Assembly: GCA_016205145.1 (NCBI GenBank)
Contig: JACQJH010000001.1
Span: 300,001 to 332,000 of the forward strand
Origin: Candidatus Iainarchaeum sp.
GTDB taxonomy: Archaea; Iainarchaeota; Iainarchaeia; Iainarchaeales; JACQJH01
Direction of reading: 5' to 3'
DNA length: 32,000 nt
The notes below the pieces were generated by a model. It was given only the letters and a program-made list of their open reading frames with translations. It was not told the origin of the DNA and did not search any database. The translations under genes were made by a program, and so were the position numbers. Positions 22,789-29,400 of the stretch are shown in pieces (position 1 is the stretch's first letter; each line of letters opens with the position of its first letter).

Positions 22789-23534
22789 GCGAGAAAGGCC
22801 AGGCTTCACTGACCGACTCGATGTTTTTTCTCATAATCGTTTCGGCTTTGTCGGTTTTCCTTTTTTCGTTTTCGGTTTCCTATGGCATGGGCGTAAGCCA
22901 GCAGCTTGTCCGCGAGTACAGGTCCGAGTTTGCGGCTTCCGCCATGAAATCCATTCTTTATTCGAGCGTTCCGAGGCAGGCATCCGACAGGCTTGAAAAC
23001 GCTTCCGAAGTCGACTATCTTCTTGCGGCAATCAAGGAGGATTACGCGGATGACCAGCTTCTGGACCTGACAAGGGAGACGATTGCAAGGCGCGTGGTTT
23101 CCGTAATGGAACCGTTGTCGGATTCGTTCGACTACGTTTTTTTCATTTACCTTCCTTCAACCACTTCGCCTTCAGGCAGGTTTCCGTTTGTGCTGTTTTA
23201 CCACAACGATTTTTCCTTTCCGGCCGGGCGAAGATCCACTGATGCAGGCAATCCCATTGTGGTTTCTTCGGGCAGGGCCTATTTCTGCGACCCGGTTTCA
23301 AAGGACGTCATAACGAACAGGCTTCTGCCTGCGGTGGGCGACGTGGCTTTCGCAAGCAACAGGCTTGAGCTTTTCTCCAACAACGCCGCCGGCCCGAATC
23401 AAAAGGTTTTGGCTGAAATCGGCCTGGCAATGTGGCCGACAACCGTTCTGCCGGAAAGCGTCTGGGACCCGGCCAACAATCCAGGCAACCTGAACTGCGA
23501 TTTGGCGGCCCCGATGGAAGTGCGCACGGGCTGA
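22773..23534 (+). CDS. Type IV pilin-like protein (class III signal peptide), 253 aa
   Basis: MAPRLGEKG|QASLTDSMFFLIIVSALSVFLFSFSV. The 16-nt overlap with the upstream gene suggests translational coupling. Confidence 0.75.
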   Translation: MAPRLGEKGQASLTDSMFFLIIVSALSVFLFSFSVSYGMGVSQQLVREYRSEFAASAMKSILYSSVPRQASDRLENASEVDYLLAAIKEDYADDQLLDLTRETIARRVVSVMEPLSDSFDYVFFIYLPSTTSPSGRFPFVLFYHNDFSFPAGRRSTDAGNPIVVSSGRAYFCDPVSKDVITNRLLPAVGDVAFASNRLELFSNNAAGPNQKVLAEIGLAMWPTTVLPESVWDPANNPGNLNCDLAAPMEVRTG

Positions 23535-23568
23535 AAAAAAAGAATTGCGATTTTTTTTTGGCAATTGC
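23534..23568. terminator. Bidirectional terminator between convergent genes (A8 - hairpin with T9 loop region - )
   Basis: AAAAAAAA-G-AATTGC-GATTTTTTTTTG-GCAATT-GCC. A 6-bp stem is flanked by an A8 run (T8 on the other strand) and T9. It sits between the stop at 23532-23534 (+) and the stop at 23585-23587 (-). Confidence 0.55.
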
Positions 23569-23584
23569 CGGTTTTGTCCTGCCT

Positions 23585-25825
23585 TTACGCGCGCGCCCTG
23601 ACTTCGGTTCCGCATTGCGGGCAAGTGTATTTGACCATTCCGTCCGGCTGCTTTTCCATTTTTTTCGCGCAGTGCGGGCAGTAGGCTGTTCCACACCCGG
23701 AACAGAAGACAAGCTCCTCGGTTTTGCTTTTGCAGTTCGGGCACGTGTTCTTGTCGGTTTCAACGGTTTTCTTGAAGCCAGTGCCCTCGTCAAGCTCTGA
23801 AATCCTAAGCTCTTCGTCTTTTCCGAGGTTCAGCTCGGATAGGTCGAATTCGTCCACGGGCTTTCCTTCATTGCCTTCGATGCCGATGCTTTCACTGCTT
23901 TCGGCTTCGGGAATCTCAAGCACTTCTTCCGCGTCTCCGGACCCGCTTTCATCTTCTTCGGGGAGCTCCGCGTTTTCAGCGCCCTCTTTTTCACTGTCCT
24001 GTTCATCTTCCTCTTTTTGCCGCGTCAATGCCCTCTGCCTTCTTGTCATGAACCCGCCGGATTTTTCTGCGGCAACTGCTTTTCCGGTGATTTGCGCTTC
24101 GCCTTCCTCCGGCTCATTGCGCAGCCTGCTTTTTTCAAGCTGGCTGTAAACGTTTTCGGCTATTTCGTCAAGCTCTTTTCTTGTCGGCTCGCGGTTCGCT
24201 TTCTCCCTGAACCTTTGGATCTGGCTTTTGGCCTCATTTTTGATTATCTGGCTTTCAATGTCGTTTTCGCGCCTGTCCGCCTCGGCCCTGTCTTCGACGC
24301 CCATCTGGCCTTCAAGGTCTTCTTCCATTTCTTTTTCTTCGGGCCCGCTTCCGGAAAAGCGCGCGCCAGCGCCCTGCATTGTTTCATGGCGCCGCCTCAG
24401 CCTTCTTGGAACAAACTCTTCTTTCGCCGTCTGGCCCATGGCGGGTTCCCTGCCTTTTGGCGCCGCCTGTCCGCCTTTAAGCGTTTTCATTGCCTCGATT
24501 ATGCGCCTGATTTCCTCCTTTTTTTCCCTGTCGGAGCGGCTGTCCACGCGGGTTTGAACACTGCCGGAAACAGTTTCAGGCTGTGCGGCTTTTTCCGCGG
24601 TCTGTGATTCCGATGGCTTTCCGAAGAATAATCCGAAAAGCGGTTTGCCCTGCCTTTCATCCCTTGCCTGTTCCCTGGTTGCTGACCTGTCCGCGGTTTG
24701 AAGTGCGGGTGCAGCTTTTGACTGTGTTTCTTTTGCCTGTGCCGCTTTCTCCTGCCCGGCCTTTTCCGCTTCCGTTTTTTTGCGCTCCTCAAGCCTTGCC
24801 TTGACGCTTTCCTGCCGGGGCTCTGCGATAATTTTTTTAAGCGCTGACAATTCCTTTTGCGGTTCTCCCCCGCCAAGTTTTGCGGCAGGCTTTCCGCCGT
24901 CCTTCGGCTTCAGCTTTTCCCATTCCCTGTCCAGCGCCTTCACGTCCACTTTTTGTTCAGGCTTGCCCGTGCCGAACAGGAAAGGCTTTTTCTGTTCGGC
25001 TTTCCGCTCTTCGGCTTTAGCGGTTTCCGGCTGCTCAGGCTTTTCGGTTTCAATTTTTTCCCGTGCCGGCGCTTCAACCATTGCAGGCTTCGGCTTTTTT
25101 GCGAACACCGCGGAAATGCTTTTGCGCAGGCTGTCAGCGAGGCTTTCCCCGCCGGTTTCCTTCTGCTTCGCGCCCTGGACTTCCGCGGGCTGTGCGGCAA
25201 GGATTTTTTCCCTTGCAACCTGGCTCGCGCTCTTCGCCGAACGCCCGGCGGGTGCGCGTTGAGGGGTATCGCTGACGCTCAACCCCTCTGCCTGCACTGC
25301 TGCAGCTGTCAGAGTTGTGTTTGCTGTTGGCATTTGCGTTTTCAGCGTCCCGGTTTTTTCCTGCGGCTTTGCCTTCAGCATTTTTTCCGCGGCAATGCTT
25401 TGCACGGCTTTTTCCTCGCGCTCTTTTTTCTTGTCAAGGAACCGCTCAAGCCTTGACCTCTTCTCCTCGGTCAAAGGCGAGGCGATGAGTTCCGAGCCGA
25501 ACGCCTTTTTTGTCACGACAACGTCGACTTTTTTCGGCCCGACGACTTTTCTGCGCAATGAAAGGAATGCGTGCGTTCCGATTGCCGCGGCTGCAAGCAC
25601 CGGAATGAAAGTTTCTTTCGCACCGGCGAATTCCGCGGCAAAGGAGACTGCCGAGACCGCTATTGAAAAGCCCGCGCCTATGAGAACGGCCCATCCGACC
25701 TTGTAGCTTGTGTCGATGCTCCTCACTTTTGGCCAGCCGGAGCGCAGGAAAAGGTAGCCTATGGAAGCGGAACCGGCAAAAGCGTAAGCAGGCAGGATTC
25801 CGAGGATTTCCATCTGCACGGCCAT
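23585..25825 (-). CDS. Membrane protein (3 N-terminal TM helices) with a ~550-aa K/E/A/Q-rich low-complexity region and a C-terminal double zinc ribbon
   Basis: The N-terminus MAVQMEILGILPAYAFAGSASIGYLFL...VGWAVLIGAGFSIAVSAVSFAA...IPVLAAAAIGTHAFLSL is hydrophobic. The middle is highly charged (EKAGQEKAAQAKETQSKAA..., EEDEQDSEKEGAENAELPEEDE). The C-terminus has four CxxC pairs: CPNC...CSGC...CPHC...CPQC (23588-23749). Confidence 0.8.
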   Translation of the reverse strand: MAVQMEILGILPAYAFAGSASIGYLFLRSGWPKVRSIDTSYKVGWAVLIGAGFSIAVSAVSFAAEFAGAKETFIPVLAAAAIGTHAFLSLRRKVVGPKKVDVVVTKKAFGSELIASPLTEEKRSRLERFLDKKKEREEKAVQSIAAEKMLKAKPQEKTGTLKTQMPTANTTLTAAAVQAEGLSVSDTPQRAPAGRSAKSASQVAREKILAAQPAEVQGAKQKETGGESLADSLRKSISAVFAKKPKPAMVEAPAREKIETEKPEQPETAKAEERKAEQKKPFLFGTGKPEQKVDVKALDREWEKLKPKDGGKPAAKLGGGEPQKELSALKKIIAEPRQESVKARLEERKKTEAEKAGQEKAAQAKETQSKAAPALQTADRSATREQARDERQGKPLFGLFFGKPSESQTAEKAAQPETVSGSVQTRVDSRSDREKKEEIRRIIEAMKTLKGGQAAPKGREPAMGQTAKEEFVPRRLRRRHETMQGAGARFSGSGPEEKEMEEDLEGQMGVEDRAEADRRENDIESQIIKNEAKSQIQRFREKANREPTRKELDEIAENVYSQLEKSRLRNEPEEGEAQITGKAVAAEKSGGFMTRRQRALTRQKEEDEQDSEKEGAENAELPEEDESGSGDAEEVLEIPEAESSESIGIEGNEGKPVDEFDLSELNLGKDEELRISELDEGTGFKKTVETDKNTCPNCKSKTEELVFCSGCGTAYCPHCAKKMEKQPDGMVKYTCPQCGTEVRARA

Positions 25826-25850
25826 GGTTTTTCCGCCTTTAAAAGAAACC

Positions 25851-25860
25851 TTTTATATTA
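25851..25860. promoter_or_regulatory. Shared A/T element (TTTTATATTA) in a 63-bp divergent intergenic region
   Basis: Its centre lies ~30 nt from ATG 25825 (minus gene) and ~33 nt from ATG 25889 (plus gene). It is compatible with TATA boxes for leaderless transcripts in both directions. Confidence 0.4.
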
Positions 25861-25888
25861 GTTTTAACATAGTCCTTTGGATGGCTCC

Positions 25889-26419
25889 ATGGCACAATCC
25901 CTTCTTGATTCAATCGTTTTTCCATCAATTTCCCTTCTCGTGCAGGTACTTTTATTGTCGGTCCCGGTTTTTTTTCTAGCGCTTTTTTCGGGCATGATTT
26001 CCTCGAAGCTTTCAAAAAAATTCAGGTTCAACTGGCTCCAGTCGACAGTGGTTTCGACATATTTAGTTGTTTTCCTCTTAATATTCTTTTTGTATTTGTT
26101 CCCGGTTTTTTCCGTTGCTCCCGATGTCAGGGCGGGAACGCCGCCCGAAGGCCTCCGGTTGTCATTCATGGAGCAGGCTTTCCAGTGGATTGTAATCTTC
26201 GCCGGCCTGCTTTTCAAGGCAATTGTCTTCTCGGTACTGCTCCTGCCGCTCGAATTTGTCGCCGCCCTGATTTTTGATTATTCGTCGAAACGCATTTCAA
26301 AGACGGCCTGGTTCAGCGTCTTTGTTTCGGTTTATGCAACCACTCTTTTCGGCTTTCTCGTGCTGCTGTTCAATCCATGGCTCGCAGAGGGCCTCATTTT
26401 TTTGCTTTATTGGGGGTAA
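25889..26419 (+). CDS. Polytopic (about 5 TM) membrane protein of unknown function, ~176 aa
   Basis: Very hydrophobic: SISLLVQVLLLSVPVFFLALFSG, VVSTYLVVFLLIFFLYLFPVF, WIVIFAGLLFKAIVFSVLLLPLEFVAALIF, WFSVFVSVYATTLFGFLVLLF. I prefer ATG 25889 over the TTG 25877 used by the track. The stop lies 9 nt before the next gene, and a GGGGG SD-like run overlaps its 3' end. Confidence 0.7.
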   Translation: MAQSLLDSIVFPSISLLVQVLLLSVPVFFLALFSGMISSKLSKKFRFNWLQSTVVSTYLVVFLLIFFLYLFPVFSVAPDVRAGTPPEGLRLSFMEQAFQWIVIFAGLLFKAIVFSVLLLPLEFVAALIFDYSSKRISKTAWFSVFVSVYATTLFGFLVLLFNPWLAEGLIFLLYWG

Positions 26420-26428
26420 AGGATTTTC

Positions 26429-29400
26429 ATGCGCCGACATTTTGCTGACAGGATTTTTTCGCTCTTTGCAGTCTTCCTGATGCTCGGCGCCAACTTTTCC
26501 TTTGCCGCCGCGCAGCCGCAGCCTGCAGGCGCACAGGCAAATGCGCCCGGAAGCATTGGAAGCGCGGGGAACGCTTCAACACCAAACCTTGCACCAACCA
26601 CGCAAGCGCAGTTTGCCTGCTCATCCGAATCGATTTCGCCGCAGGAACTGCAAAAACTGATGGACGCCACCACTAACAACGGCTTCGAGGGCAAGGAACT
26701 CTCTTCGGGCACGGGCGCGAAAAAAGACAGGGGAGAACTGGACCAGAACACGCTTGTTTTGCCGACCGGCGAGGGAAGCAATGCCGTGAGGCGCAATGTT
26801 CCAAGCCAGGAGATTTCCCCCGATGAGACTGCGCATTTGCTCAACTCGTTTGTTGCAGGGCCGTTCGCTTTCGGCCTCGTGCTGTCCGACACTTTGCGCG
26901 TGGGCAGGTGCAAGGACCAGGATTCGAACGAGAACTGCGCATTGCAGGGCAAAAACCTTGCCTACCGCAATTCAGGTGCGGGCATAAAGGAAGATTTCCG
27001 CAATGTCTGGGACGATTTCAAGACAATTTTCGTGGAAAAGCCGGCCGAGATTTCAAACGACGAGTATGACGCGTTGCGCGCCAACTTCGCGCAGTCGACT
27101 GGAATTTCTCCCGAGCAGCTAAATCAGCTGCAGGATGCGCAGGACGCGAACAAAGCGGTTTCAAATGAGGACAAGAGCCTGCTTGCGGGCGTTTCCGACG
27201 GCGTCAAATCCCTGAAGTACAGGTTTTTCAAGCGCGAGCCGCTTGACGTGATTCCCAACAGCATCCTTTCGGATTCGTTCACGGCTTCCACGCAGACAAA
27301 CTGCGACAATGCTGCGTGCATAATTTCCAGCTACAGCTTTTTCGACAAGATGTACAACAGCTGGTTTTCCTCGCAGCTCGTGGTTTCGAATTTCGGCCCT
27401 TCGCTTTTCGGCGTTGCGCGCAACATGATGAATTGGACCATGACGCGCAACTGGCCGTGGAACATAGAGGACAGCAAGCTCCTGCAGAAAATCCGCACCA
27501 AATTCCTCGACCTTGAATTCCTGCCCACGCAGCTAAAAGCGGGTGCGATGCAGCAGAGGGCATACGCCCACGGCCTCGATGATTTGTGGGTTCCGATGAT
27601 GGAGAACAAGGGCGGATGGGACGGCGGCTATTACCTGTTGAAAGGTCAGAGTTTCAGGAGCTGGGCAAAGCAGATTTTCGACCCGAAAGACGGCGCCTAT
27701 TACAAGCTCAGCCCAACGCAGAAATCCGAGTTCGGAAAAATTGTCAGGGACCTCAAGTCTTACGCGAAAAGGAAGGAGGCAATCTGGAACGCGGCGGAAG
27801 AGGAATACACAACTATTGCAAAGGCCGCTGGAGTAGGCACGCAAGCCGAGATACAGGCAAGGATTGAATTCGGGAAAACTTCCGCCCGGCTCATGCAGAA
27901 CGACGACGAGTTCCTCAATCTTGATGTTCCGGAATGGTGGACGCGTGATTCAATGGCGGGCCTCTACGATGTCGCGGTCAAGGAGAATTTTTCCGGCCAC
28001 TACCAGATGCTGAACAAGGACTCGAAAAACATTGACATGATACAGAAGGCGTTCATGGACAAAGGCGACTGGTCGTCTTTTGCGGGCAGCGGATTGAACA
28101 CCTACGAGGTTTCCAAGCTGGCGGACGGGCGAAGCGCATTGCAGTTCTACAGGGTCGGGCCGAAAGGCCAAGCGACAGAGGCGCATGTAGAGGACCTTGA
28201 AAAGAACCTGCCTTTGTTCCATGACAAAATGGTCGTCAACGACAAGGGGGAAAACCTAATCCTCACCGAAACCACTTTGCCTTACATCAAGGAAACCTCG
28301 ACCGGAACAGTCAAGGTTTACGATGCCGGATGGGAAAAGGCAGAGGCAATTTCACCGGAAGATTTTGCCGGCAAGCTGCTGCACCCGCGCGTGAAGTCGA
28401 GGACAATTTCCTTGTTCAACAAGAACGCCGACCAACTCTACCAGTCGCTGATGGAGCAGGGCTTTGTCGACCGGCGCTATTTCTCGCTGCTTGACAAGTA
28501 CATCACCAACGAGAAGAACGTTTTGCAGGAATACTTTTCCGTTAAGGGCGGGGCAAAGTGGACGCTGTACCCGTTCGGCTACTGGCAGGCAAAGCGCGGC
28601 TTCGGCTTCGAGGGCCTCTCCGCCTACCAGCTCCCCGATTCGTGGAGTTCCATCATAGTCTACCACGGCGACGAAAAGATTTTCGACGACGCCTACATCG
28701 ATTTCTTCTCAAACGAGGGCTCGGACCAGGGCGACATTTTCGTGCAGGTTTTGAACAAGCTGCCGATAAAGATCATTTTGAACGAGGTTTCGGACAAGTA
28801 CAATCCCGTGAAAAAGCTTTATGATGCTGTGACCGGCAACACCCTGCGCGGCAAGGTCGAGGACATAGCAATCTATTCCTCGACTCCGCCTGAATGTCCG
28901 GGCTGCGGCGTTTCCCTGAACTCGGAAAAGCTTGAAACTTTTTCCCCGGCGTTCACGGTAACCAAAAAGTTTGACGCCTACATCCTTGAAAACCCGCAGA
29001 GCAATGCCGCCAAGGAAAAAGGCACTACGCTTGTATCGTATGCGCATCACGCTAACCTGAAAGGCAAATCTTCTGAAATCGAGGGGGGCGCGATCGACCT
29101 TGTCAAGGCGATGCAGGAAAAGAAAACATGCTCGGACGCAATCAAGGAAGGCGCTTTGGGCTGGACCGCGGGATGGGTCGGAGGCATTGGCAAGGAAAAA
29201 AGCGCGTCAAGAGTCGGGGCGGTGCTTGCCTTGGAAGAGTCTGCGGCTTACGCGATTTTCAGTTTCTGGGGCGCAGGGGAAGCGGGCATAATCGCATCAC
29301 TCGTGCAGCAGACGGTTCTCGCGCCGAAGCTTGCGGACTGCGTCGACTCCGAGGAAGGCTATTACATCCATTTCACCGTGCCGAAAAAAGAGGAGCAGAA

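Noticed and set aside
23760-25540. Tandem DNA repeats in the K/E-rich gene as a possible non-coding repeat array
   Set aside because: The periodicity is only compositional (GAA/AAG/GCN-rich codons). I saw no exact repeated unit, and the ORF is bounded by a coherent TM N-terminus and a four-CxxC C-terminus in the same frame.
26407-26952. 181-aa minus-strand ORF, plus other minus-strand ORFs inside 26429-31030 (for example 29486-30058) and inside the rib genes (31320-31974)
   Set aside because: They are antisense to long or well-identified plus-strand genes and have no motifs. Several have implausible R/C/H-rich composition.
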